A DNA stretch of 64,000 nt, from NCBI GenBank assembly GCA_963758525.1, contig CAVWVQ010000003.1, positions 832,001 through 896,000 of the forward strand. Direction: 5' to 3'. A program made the translations under genes and the position numbers. Position 1 is the stretch's first letter. The number at the start of each line of letters is the position of its first letter. The notes under the pieces are model-generated. The model was not told where the DNA came from, did not search any database, and worked only from the letters and a program-made list of their open reading frames with translations. Origin of the DNA: an uncultured Phycisphaerales bacterium. GTDB taxonomy: Bacteria; Planctomycetota; Phycisphaerae; Tepidisphaerales; Tepidisphaeraceae. This document shows positions 42,956 through 52,238 of the stretch, in pieces.

Positions 42956-43844
42956 ATGCTGTTGTGGGCTGTGCTCACGGTCGCGGGATGTGCGGCCCGC
43001 GCGCGACGGCGCTTCCGGGAGATATCGAATTCGCGCAGTCCAGCAGCGCCGCCAGAGCGGCCTTCGATCGCGGCGACAGCAAGCTTGCCGCTGTGCTCTA
43101 TGAGCGCGCGGGTGCGCGGGCGCGTCTCATTGCCGAGGCGCAATCCATAGCGGATGTGGATTTCAACCAGGCGTGGTGTGAGACTGAGCTGGGTGATTAT
43201 GACCGGGCGGACGGTCTTCTTCTCGAGGCGGGATATGAGGCGGCGCGCTGGGGGATGGCGGGACCGACATTCAGTTGCTTCGCTGCCGGGTCGCGCTGCT
43301 TCGCGGGGATGTGGATGAGGCGGTTCAGCGGCTCAACGCATTGCTGAAGAACGCATCGGTGTCAGCCGCCTATCGACCGCGGGTGTTGGTGCTGGAAGGG
43401 AAGATTCAGTTGGCGCAACATGACATTGCTGCCGCGGATGTCACGTTGGGGCAAATCCCGCAGAACGGTCTTTCGCCGCTGACTCGTGCTGATGTGGAGG
43501 AGCTGCGCGGGGAGATTGCCGTCGCTAATCATCGCTGGCTGAACGGAGCCAAAGCTTTCGATGCGCAAGCGGGCCTGCTGCGCGGCATCCATCGCTATCG
43601 TGCGATGGCGCTGGCAATCAGCCGCGCGGCGGCGGCGTATGAGTCGGCGGGCGACAATGAACTGGCCGCAGATCGCTACTGGCGAGCCGCGCGAAGTCTA
43701 AACGAGCAGGAAGACAATGCAGCCGCGCGGCGCGTCACCGAGGCAGCGGATCGTTGTGCGAAACTTGCTGATAATCGCGAGCTGATGAAGCTGATCAGTC
43801 GGGAGCAAACTGGTTCGAAAGCCGCGCACACCGACCCGCCCTGA
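42956..43844 (+). CDS. TPR-like lipoprotein (two apparent frameshifts)
   Basis: Lipobox VAGC, then Ala-rich helical repeats spread over three ORFs. Confidence 0.55.
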
Positions 43845-43852
43845 TCATTGCA

Positions 43853-45007
43853 TCAACGTCGTCGGCCTTCCAGCAGGTATGTTTCGACGTTTCCGCTCCC
43901 CTTGATGTAGAACTCGCCGCGCTCTTCGAAGAGATAACGGTCCTTGAGCTGCGCATGGACGGCGCCGCTGACCTGAATACTTCCCGGCAGACCCATGGAC
44001 TCCATGTGGGCGGCGGTGCTCACGGTCTGTCCCCAAAGGTCGTAGGCGAATCGCCGCTTTCCGATGACGCCTGCTGTGACCGGACCGTTGTGGATGCCGA
44101 TTCGCAGACTCATGACCTGTCGCGACCCGGCCGAAATGCGCCCGATGGCCGCCTGCATATCCAATGCGAGATCAGCCATCGCCTGAAGGTGATTGGGGCG
44201 CGGGTCGGGCAATCCGCCGGCGACCATGTAGGCGTCCCCAACAGTTTTAATCTTCTCAAGCTTATGACGGTCCACCAGTTCATCAAAGGTGCTGAAGATA
44301 TGATCGAGCTGCTCGACCAATTGCACGGGTGATTCGCGGTCGGCAATGGAAGTGAAGTCGTCGATGTCGGCGAAAAGAATGCTCACGTGATCGAAGCTGT
44401 CGGCGATGTGCTGCTCTCCGCGCATCAGCCGGCGGGCGATGGATTCGGGCAGAACCGCCAGCAGAAGATTCTCCGAATCCCTCTGGGCGCGCTGCAATTC
44501 ACATTGTGTTTGCCGAAGCCGTGAAACCGTCCGGCGCAATTCCAGATGGGTCACGACTTCCCGGCCCAGCGCCTCAAGCGCTTCCCGCTGGCCCGCGGAC
44601 AATTCCCGCGGCACGCGATCGATCACACACAATGTGCCCAGTGCGCACCCATTATCCATCACCAGCGGTGAGCCGGCATAGAAGCGAATATTAGGATCTC
44701 CGCGCACGAGAGGATTTTGCGAGAACCGTGGATCTTGTTCGGCGTCGGGCACGATGAACAGTCCCTGCTGATCGATGGCATGGGCGCAAAACGCCATGTC
44801 GATCGGCGTTTCGCCAACCGCAAGTCCCACCCGCGACTTGAACCACTGGCGTTTGTCATCGAGCAACGTCAGCAGGGCGATGGGCGCTTCGCAGATGTGG
44901 GAGGCCAGCAGCGTCAGATCATCGAGCGCCTTCTCCGGAAGCGTATCAAGAATTTCGAGCTCTTTGAGTATTGCGAGTCGTTCGGTTTCCTGTTGCGGTG
45001 CGGCCAT
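43853..45007 (-). CDS. GAF-domain class III adenylate/guanylate cyclase
   Basis: GAF (FCAHAI, IRFYAG, GTLCVID) plus FADIDDFT, KIKTVGDAYM, YDLWG. Confidence 0.92.
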   Translation of the reverse strand: MAAPQQETERLAILKELEILDTLPEKALDDLTLLASHICEAPIALLTLLDDKRQWFKSRVGLAVGETPIDMAFCAHAIDQQGLFIVPDAEQDPRFSQNPLVRGDPNIRFYAGSPLVMDNGCALGTLCVIDRVPRELSAGQREALEALGREVVTHLELRRTVSRLRQTQCELQRAQRDSENLLLAVLPESIARRLMRGEQHIADSFDHVSILFADIDDFTSIADRESPVQLVEQLDHIFSTFDELVDRHKLEKIKTVGDAYMVAGGLPDPRPNHLQAMADLALDMQAAIGRISAGSRQVMSLRIGIHNGPVTAGVIGKRRFAYDLWGQTVSTAAHMESMGLPGSIQVSGAVHAQLKDRYLFEERGEFYIKGSGNVETYLLEGRRR

Positions 45008-45084
45008 ATTGGATTCGCCTGAAGAGAGCTGTTCGCCGTTAAATGAATTCGGATGTTGTTGGAGTTTATGCCCGCTCGCTCTTC

Positions 45085-45540
45085 TCATTCTCCAGCGCCC
45101 GCTGCCAGCGCGGGAACCGCTTCCCAGGCCGATTGGTACGTTGCCTCCAGAGGGAGCGGGACATAGATGTCGGTCGTCAGGAACAGCGGCATTTCGGGAA
45201 GGGTCGAGCCGACGGAGACCGGCTCGATGAAAGCCTCCTGGCTGGCGCCGCCCATATAGGATGCGACGGTCAGCGGCCGATCCGTCGGCAGAACGAAATC
45301 ACTCGAATCCAATTCATCCCAGATCAGTTTGGCGATCCCCTGCGGGTCACGCGGGGTCGGAGGAAACGGATCGATGACGAGCAAGTGAATTCCGCCGCGT
45401 AGCTTTTGCGAAGCTTTCTCAGCGAAGGTGCGGATAGCGCCGGGCGAACGCTTGTTTCCGGGAGAAATGATTTCAATGACGGCAATCGTGCGATCGTTGC
45501 TCACGTGCCGAACGACGACTCGACTGGCCTTAATGGCGTA
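45085..45540 (-). pseudogene. DUF4058-family protein, N-terminally truncated
   Basis: IAVIEIISPGNK, IHLLVID, LPEMPLFL, PLEATY. Confidence 0.65.
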
Positions 45541-45548
45541 GGAAGCTG

Positions 45549-45944
45549 TTAAGGTGACATCCACCGTTTTTATTTGCCTTTTTCCGGCATCTTCGGCCTG
45601 CCTCTCGGATTCAGAGTGTACTGCAGCCCCATCCGGCCCGCCATTTTCAGGGTCCAGGGATCGCTTCCCAGCGGCCGGCCACGCTCGAAGCTAAGTGCCA
45701 CCCGTTTCACGGCGGCCGGATCCATCGGCTCGTTCACCAGCGCCGTCCAGTTCCGCGGGCGGTCGATCGGCCAATCGTCGAGCAGTTGTCTCGCCAGCTC
45801 TTTCTCGCAGCCCAGGCTCGACCGGTGCCAGTCCTGCGCCCGCTCCACCATCTTCGCCCGCAATGGATTGGCTTCCACATAACGCAGCAGTGTCAGCAAA
45901 TGCCCGTCCTCCTGGACAACGAAGCTCTTGTAGCGACCCTGATA
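45549..45944 (-). mobile_element. REP-associated tyrosine transposase (RAYT, IS200-like) C-terminal remnant with flanking REP-like end
   Basis: YQGRYKSF, YVEANPLRA, WHRSS, PRGRP; followed by GGTGGATGTCACCTT. Confidence 0.75.
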
Positions 45945-46672
45945 ACCGCTTCATCCATCCAATCGTCGCTGATCTTGTCGGCCACACGCGGGTCCTCTTT
46001 GATCGCCGCGAGGTTGGCCGTGGCCATCACCAGCGTGTCGGTCACCGTCGCGGTATCGCCCGCGGCGGCATCGCACACGTTCACCGCCAGGATCGCGCCG
46101 TGACGCCGTGACCCCCTTCGGAGAGGTCCACCGCGTGCTCGGCCTTGTGGGCCAGATGCGTCGTGCCGTCCTTCATCTTGGTGATCTTCGCTTGGGGATC
46201 GCGCGGGTTGTGCCAGTCATCGTTGCTGGCCTTGTTTTTCCGCTTCTTATCCAGCTTGGCCAGTTCTTCCCGCGTGGGCGTTTCGATGCCGCTCTCTTTG
46301 GCCAGACGGGTGAGGAACTCCTGATAACCCTCGCCGCTGTCCCGACGCACGATCGATCGCATCGCCGCGTTGGCCTCCAATGTCGTGGAGTCCACGCCCG
46401 CGGTTTTTCCCTGGATCAAGTCGTGGTTGGCCAGAATCTTCAGGATGTGAGTGAACACCTCGGCGTGAGTTTCGATGTCGATCAGACGCCGCGTCCGCGA
46501 GATCGTCGAATGGTCCGGGGCGGCCTTGTTCACCGGGATGCCCAGGAACAGCTTGAGTGAACTGCTGTCATTGCAGCGCCAGTCGATCCCGCGTTCGGAG
46601 TCGATGCCCTCGAAGTAGCCCACCAGCAGGCAGCGGAAATACACGCCCGGAGCAACGCCCGGCCGCCCGCCC
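45945..46672 (-). mobile_element. IS1182-like transposase fragment, truncated at both ends
   Basis: GRPGVAPGVYFRCLLVGYFEGIDSERG, PDHSTISR, VDSTTLEANA, HLAHKAEHAVD. Confidence 0.8.
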
Positions 46673-46679
46673 TTGGCAC

Positions 46680-47040
46680 CGTCATCGATTTTGCGAGCAA
46701 GCCCAGCTTCTCTGACAAGGTTCTGAAGGTGCTGGTCACAGCTACGAATAATGGAACGAGCACCTATTCGGGATACCGGCCTGAGGTCGAATTATATTGG
46801 GGTACTTTCGACGTGCAGTGGGAACATCGGTCGCATAAGGCATTCGCATTGCCCGCCGACTGGGCCAAGATGTCCCCCGGCCAGTCACGACAGAAGGTTG
46901 TAGAACTGCCATTGCCGGCAGCCGGAGATTACAGCGTCTTCGCCACGTTGGACGTCTTCCGGAATGAAAAGGGCGAAAACCTGTACCTGGTCGGGGCGGG
47001 CTCGGGCCACAGTGATGCAAAACTGCTGCACGTTCCATAA
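46680..47040 (+). pseudogene. C-terminal fragment of a secreted beta-sandwich protein
   Basis: Coding-like open frame without start, directly abutting the IS fragment. Confidence 0.4.
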
Positions 47041-47058
47041 GCTGCCGCCGCGGCATGA

Positions 47059-47541
47059 TCATGGGCCCGGCTTTCTGATCTCCAACGACTTTGGCTCAAC
47101 CGCCTCCAGAGCAACAAATGAGAGTGCGATTTGCCAGCCCAACTGACCCACGCTGGGCCGCGGCTCGCGGCTCAACTTGGCAAGTTGTTCATACGCCGGT
47201 GCTTGGCCGACCATTTCCATCGTTTCGTAGCCTCGGATCGCACAACGCTGCTCCTTTGGCAAATCGACATTCTCGATCCAGACAAAGGTTGGGGAAGCCA
47301 CTGCCTTCCCGTCGATTTTCTCAATCTTAAGAGTTCCGACGCCACTCTTGAACTGGTCGTATCTGGTTCCTTCCAAAAGAACCAGTTGACCGAGCGGAAC
47401 GCCAAGCCCGCCGATCGGCACCATGCCCGTCTGCACCGTGATTGGACTTTCGTCCTGCGGCTGGTCACTGGATCGGACGGCGTTGCAACCCGCAACCAGC
47501 AGTGCGACGAGCATCAGTATTGAGCTTGGTATGGGGCACAT
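47059..47541 (-). CDS. Hypothetical lipoprotein
   Basis: Lipobox LVAGC. Confidence 0.6.
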   Translation of the reverse strand: MCPIPSSILMLVALLVAGCNAVRSSDQPQDESPITVQTGMVPIGGLGVPLGQLVLLEGTRYDQFKSGVGTLKIEKIDGKAVASPTFVWIENVDLPKEQRCAIRGYETMEMVGQAPAYEQLAKLSREPRPSVGQLGWQIALSFVALEAVEPKSLEIRKPGP

Positions 47542-47614
47542 AACGCAAACCTTAATTTTGCAGATTTCCGCGCTGGTGCGATTCAAAATAAAATCGCACA
47601 TGTTGCTTTTACAC

Positions 47615-48236
47615 TCACGTCGGGCTGATGGGAACCGCACCGCATTCTGGACACTGATCAGGCGTGCCGCGCATGTCGTAGCCGCAGGCGTGGCACAGCC
47701 CCCGACGCGATCGGCTGCAGGATGAATACCGTTGGCGTGCGCAAGGCAAAACGGCCCACAACGAATCCGGGCAAACTCGCAAAAAGGCCCGCGAAAACCC
47801 AGTATGGGATAAACATCCGATGCCCCCAGCTCGGGTTGCGGTAACCGAAGTCCCAGCGGTTGCAGAAGCCCAGACGGTTTAAAAGAGTGATTGGCGCCAT
47901 GACGTATTTGGTCGGGCGATCTTGTTGCCAAAACCAGTGTGATGTGTGGAATGAAGGGAATTTTCTCCTGTCGATTGCGAGTTCACCGAAATCTGAACTA
48001 TTCCCGCGCTGGACATCGTCCTCGGTTATGCATTCAGTGAACGCCTGCGTGCAGATCAAGTCTCCATCATCGGATTCGAACCCCTCGACCAGCATCCAAA
48101 CGGGAGTGACATGGGTAAAGTAGCGGACCACTACGACGCGATCCGCGACTTGATAGCTGCGGATCCAGAACGCAACGAACGCCGCGCAACAGATAATTGA
48201 AAGCACCGTCAAGAAGTGGAGGAATGACCGTTTCAA
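47615..48236 (-). CDS. Membrane protein with C-terminal CxxC-CxxC zinc ribbon (frameshift near 47730)
   Basis: MKRSFLHFLTVLS...WIRSY N-terminus; alternative frame gives GLCHACGYDMRGTPDQCPECG then stop. Confidence 0.7.
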
Positions 48237-48399
48237 TTTCGATCATCATATCGCCGTCGTAAGTTCAGGCCCATGGAGCCCCGTAGCGCATCCCGACCGT
48301 CACATCCAATAAGCGGGATTACCGGCGCACCGGGATAGGGGCGATGCAACCGCCTCTCGGCCGCCATCTACAAGGCAATGAGCTCTAACATCAGAACTC

Positions 48400-48679
48400 G
48401 AAATCAGGTAGGATTTCCGACCCTGCGAAGACGCAAGGTCCTTCTTCTGACTTTTTCATACAGCAACCGGTCATTGCCTCGAACCTGGTGGTTTCTGAGC
48501 CCAAGCTCATTCTGTTGCTTGCTATTTTGCCCGTCTGCTGGCTTGCGATGTTCGCACGTCGTAAATGGCATGCCGTCGAGTACTTCCGTCGGGTGTCTGC
48601 CCGCGATGCGGATACGACCTCCGTGCCACCCCGGATCGCTGCCCCGAATGCGGGGAGGTGGTCGAGCGGAGTCCGTTGA
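48400..48679 (+). pseudogene. C-terminal fragment of a second zinc-ribbon membrane protein
   Basis: LILLLAILPVCW TM, then [21 protein letters not shown] in a shifted frame. Confidence 0.65.
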
Positions 48680-48824
48680 AGAGCGAACGACCGCAACCGC
48701 TCGCAAAGTAAATGATGTCCTTCTAAATCGGAAAAAGAAAAACCCTTCTCAGTCATTACGGCATGAGGCCGCCTGCGGCGACACGGCGGGCATGCCCACC
48801 GGCTAAACGAGGAGGGAAAATAAT

Positions 48825-48861
48825 GTGCCATTTCGTGCCATTTCGTGCCATTTCGTGCCAC
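48825..48861. repeat. 10-bp tandem repeat (GTGCCATTTC) x ~3.6
   Basis: Read directly. Confidence 0.9.
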
Positions 48862-49009
48862 TTGACGGGGAAAGCTGGGGCCTGGACGCTCTGATTGCAA
48901 ATTCGGGCGGCAGTGAACGTCGCATCGCGGATGGTCATTTCAGCAAGGAGTCAGAAGTTCGGACAATCGGGCTGCGGCCCAGGCGCAGAGCAATTCCGAC
49001 GGACGGTCC

Positions 49010-49538
49010 GTCGGCTTTGGGAGATTCACAATCAAGGTGGATTGCCGTCTGCGGAATCTGTTAGAAACAGGCTGAATGGATAGCTCATTATGGACGGCGG
49101 AGAGCGCCATCGAGGATTCTCGGGGAAGTTGAGGAATGGTCCGCACGGCGGCTCGACGCTGTCATCGATTCGGAGCGCACGCTGGAGCCGCCGAGCGGAC
49201 CCTACGCCTCGAACAGACAATCGTTGCCAGAGGAGAAATCGGAGGTCAATCAACGTCGCATGGGGTGCAAGCGAAAGTGATACGGTGACGCGATGACAAC
49301 AGATCCGCGGGGACAGCCGCGGGTTCAGCACCAAGGCGCACTGCGATTGACGACGCGCGGAGACCATGGCCGAGCGCGTGGGAATCAATGAGCGAATGGC
49401 CACAAAAAACACAAAAACACAAAAAGGAAATAGAGAGGCCACGCGCAACAGCAGAAAGTGAATCGGAAGCTGCTCTCGTCCTCAGCCTCTCTTTTTTTTG
49501 TGTCGTTTGTGCTTTTTCGTGGCAATCACTCTTTTGGG
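49010..49538. repeat. ~390-bp element copy 2 plus 125-bp A/T-armed palindrome (49399-49523)
   Basis: Direct repeat of 49598-50131; arms GCCACAAAAAACACAAAAACACAAAAA...AGAGAGGC / GCCTCTCT...TTTGTGTCGTTTGTGCTTTTTCGTGGC. Confidence 0.95.
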
Positions 49539-49541
49539 AAG

Positions 49542-49591
49542 AACTAAAGGTGACGCGAACCATAATATAAACGTTCGCGTCACCTTTAGTT
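49542..49591. repeat. REPIN-like perfect 19-bp inverted repeat
   Basis: AACTAAAGGTGACGCGAAC-12 nt-GTTCGCGTCACCTTTAGTT. Confidence 0.85.
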
Positions 49592-49597
49592 ATTCGC

Positions 49598-50131
49598 GTC
49601 GGCTTTGGGAGATTCACAATCAAGGTGGATTGCCGTCTGCGGAATCTGTTAGAAACAGGCTGAATGGATAGCTCATTATGGACGGCGGAGAGCGCCATCG
49701 AGGATTCTCGGGGAAGTTGAGGAATGGTCCGCACGGCGGCTCGACGCTGTCATCGATTCGGAGCGCACGCTGGAGCCGCCGAGCGGACCCTACGCCTTTG
49801 GAACAGACGGAATCGTCGGCAGAGGAGAAACTGGCGGTTAATCAATGTCGCACGGGGTCGAGCGAGAATGATACCGTGACGCAATCACAACAGATCGGCG
49901 GGGACAGCCGCGGGTTCAGCACCAAGGCGCACTGCGATTGACGACGCGCGGAGACCATGGCCGAGCGCGTGGGAATCAATGAGCGAATGGCCACAAAAAA
50001 CACAAAAACACAAAAAGGAAATAGAGAGGCGACGCGCAACAGCAGGAAGTGAATCGGAAGCTGCTCTCGTCCTCAGCCTCTCTTTTTTTTTGTGTCGTTT
50101 GTGCTTCTTCGTGGCAATCACTCTTTTTGGG
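49598..50131. repeat. ~390-bp element copy 3 plus palindrome (49990-50115)
   Basis: Direct repeat of 49010-49538 with clustered central differences. Confidence 0.95.
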
Positions 50132-50623
50132 CTGGCGCGGCAGGAGGGCGGCGAAGGAGGTGCAGCGTGAACGGCCAGCGTGCGGGATACCCCGTTTTCG
50201 GCAAACGGCGCGCAACTGTTGCGCGCGGTGTCGCGCGGAGGCGGGAAGTATCCCGCGCCATTGCAAGGAGTTGGAGGCCGGATGCGACATGCGGCGCTGC
50301 AAATTCTGTCGCGCGATGTCGCATGGGGAAGGACGGAGGCAGTCGGCGATTCGACAGGCAGGGCAATTCCGACGAGGATCCGTCGCCTTTGGGAAACTCT
50401 CAATCAATCTGAAATCGCGGATGCAAAACCTGGAAGAGCAAAGATCGGGTTGTCGAAGTGGAACGAGAGGGGCTGACGTGCGGGCTGTTTCGGACAGATT
50501 TGTCGCCAACCTCCGGGATGTAAAGAAACGTCAAAGTTTGTAAAGGAGAGCGGATATGGGGGCCATTGGAATTCGCATTTCAAGTAGCGGATTGCACATT
50601 GCAAATTGGGTATCATCGCGCTG

Positions 50624-51655
50624 ATGGCTGACAGTTATCAATCCATCCTCGAGGCACTGGCGAAGTGCAGGAACGTGCTGATCACGACGCATGTCCGCCC
50701 CGATGGGGATGCGCTGGGGAGCAGCGCGGCGCTGGCGATGGGACTGCGGAATAAGGGAATCGCGGCGAAGGTGTTGCTGCTGTCGCATTTGCCGACCAAG
50801 TATGCGTTTGTGTTCCGGGACAATGAGATTGCTCATGTTGACGCTGAAAGTGGGTGGCCGGGCGGGTTGTCGCTGGATGCGTTTGACGCGCTGCTGGTGG
50901 TGGATACGGGGACATGGTCGCAGTTGCCGGGGCTGCGCGAGCGGGTGGAGCATTGGCGGGGGCCGAAGCTGGTGGTCGATCATCATCTGACGCAGGAGAA
51001 CTGGGCGGACGCGAAGCTGGTGGTGACGGAGGCGGCGGCGGCGGGAGAGATCGTGGCGGAGCTGCTGGATCGATGGGGCGTGGAGCTGGACCGGCCGATC
51101 GCGACGGCGCTGTATCTGGCGATCGCCAGCGATACGGGGTGGTTTCAGTTTTCCAACACGCGGCCGTACACGCTGCGCCTGGCGGCACGGTTGATGGAGG
51201 TGGGCGTCGATACCGACAGGCTCTACCAGGCCCTTTACCAGAATGAGCGGATGGAGAGGATCGCGCTGCAGACGCGGGCGCAGGGGTCGCTGGAGCTGTT
51301 GTGCGACGGCCGGCTCGCGGTGATGCGGATTTCGCGGAAGGATTTCGAGGAGACGCACGCGGGCGTGCCGGATACGGAGAATCTGATCAATATTCCGCTG
51401 CAGATTCGGACGGTGGAGGTGTCGCTGGTGTTCACCGAGCCACGGGAGCCGGGCCCGGTGCGGGTGAGCCTGCGGAGCAAGGGGCAGGTCGACGTGGCGC
51501 GGTTCGCGGAGAAATTCGGGGGAGGCGGGCATGCGCGAGCGGCGGGGTTGAAAGTAGAGGGGACGCTGGCGGAAGTGCATGATCGGGTGGTGAGGGCGAT
51601 GGCGGAGAGGATAGGGATGGAGGGGCGGGAGGCACGAAGGCACGTAGGCACGTAG
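50624..51655 (+). CDS. nrnA: DHH/DHHA1 phosphoesterase (NrnA-like oligoribonuclease/PAP phosphatase)
   Basis: HVRPDGDALGS, VVDT, DHH, SDTG, SLRS, GGGHARAAG. Confidence 0.9.
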   Translation: MADSYQSILEALAKCRNVLITTHVRPDGDALGSSAALAMGLRNKGIAAKVLLLSHLPTKYAFVFRDNEIAHVDAESGWPGGLSLDAFDALLVVDTGTWSQLPGLRERVEHWRGPKLVVDHHLTQENWADAKLVVTEAAAAGEIVAELLDRWGVELDRPIATALYLAIASDTGWFQFSNTRPYTLRLAARLMEVGVDTDRLYQALYQNERMERIALQTRAQGSLELLCDGRLAVMRISRKDFEETHAGVPDTENLINIPLQIRTVEVSLVFTEPREPGPVRVSLRSKGQVDVARFAEKFGGGGHARAAGLKVEGTLAEVHDRVVRAMAERIGMEGREARRHVGT

Positions 51656-51742
51656 GCACGAAGGGTGAGGAAGGGGATTGGAAACGGAGGGGGAATTGCA
51701 AATTGGGGATTGCAAATATTGCAAATTGCAAATTGCAAATTG
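51631..51742. repeat. Short arrays: GGCACG(A/T)A x4 and (GCAAATT)n
   Basis: Read directly; GCAAATT-like units also at 50591-50607. Confidence 0.8.
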
Positions 51743-51813
51743 GAACTACCGCGAAGGGCAAGCTACTTCGACACCGTCGGCGAGTTCCAGATCATGCGAT
51801 GTCGGCAGTTCCG

Positions 51814-52202
51814 CCTTCGTCCCTTCGTCCCTTTGTCCCTTCGTCCCTTTGTCCCTTCGTCCCTTTGTCCCTTCGTCCCTTTGTCCCTTTGTCCCTCCGT
51901 CCCTTCGTCCCTTCGTCCCTTTGTCCCTTCGTCCCTTCGTCCCTCCGTCCCTTCGTCCCTGTGTCCCTGTGTCCCTTCGTCCCTTCGTCCCTTCGTCCCT
52001 TCGTCCCTTCGTCCCTTCGTCCCTTCGTCCCTTCGTCCCTTCGTCCCTTCGTCCCTTCGTCCCTCCGTCCCTTCGTCCCTTCGTCCCTTCGTCCCTTTGT
52101 CCCTGTGTCCCTCCGTCCCTTCGTCCCTTCGTCCCTTCGTCCCTTCGTCCCTTCGTCCCTTCGTCCCTCCGTCCCTTTGTCCCTCCGTCCCTCCGTCCCT
52201 TC
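51814..52202. repeat. 8-bp tandem array (consensus CCTTCGTC) of ~48 units
   Basis: Units TCCCTTCG, TCCCTTTG, TCCCTCCG, TCCCTGTG; intergenic between convergent genes. Confidence 0.97.
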
Positions 52203-52238
52203 CCCCTTCCATCACCTTCCACCCTCCACTCACCCGAT

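Noticed and set aside
49399..49591. Integron attC sites
   Set aside because: No RYYYAAC/GTTRRRY box pair framing the hairpins, no cassette ORFs between them, and no integrase in the window.
38013..50131. RT plus near-identical repeats as a diversity-generating retroelement
   Set aside because: The RT has group II intron motifs with DV/DVI attached; repeat differences are not adenine-specific, and no copy lies in the 3' end of a target ORF.
49010..50131. Assembly duplication artefact
   Set aside because: The two units differ at many clustered positions and are separated by a unique palindrome; read check still advisable.
51814..52202. CRISPR array or repeat-protein ORFs (PSSLRPFV / GTKGRRDE)
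   Set aside because: 8-bp tandem units with no spacers and no cas genes; the frames are open only because the unit lacks stop codons.
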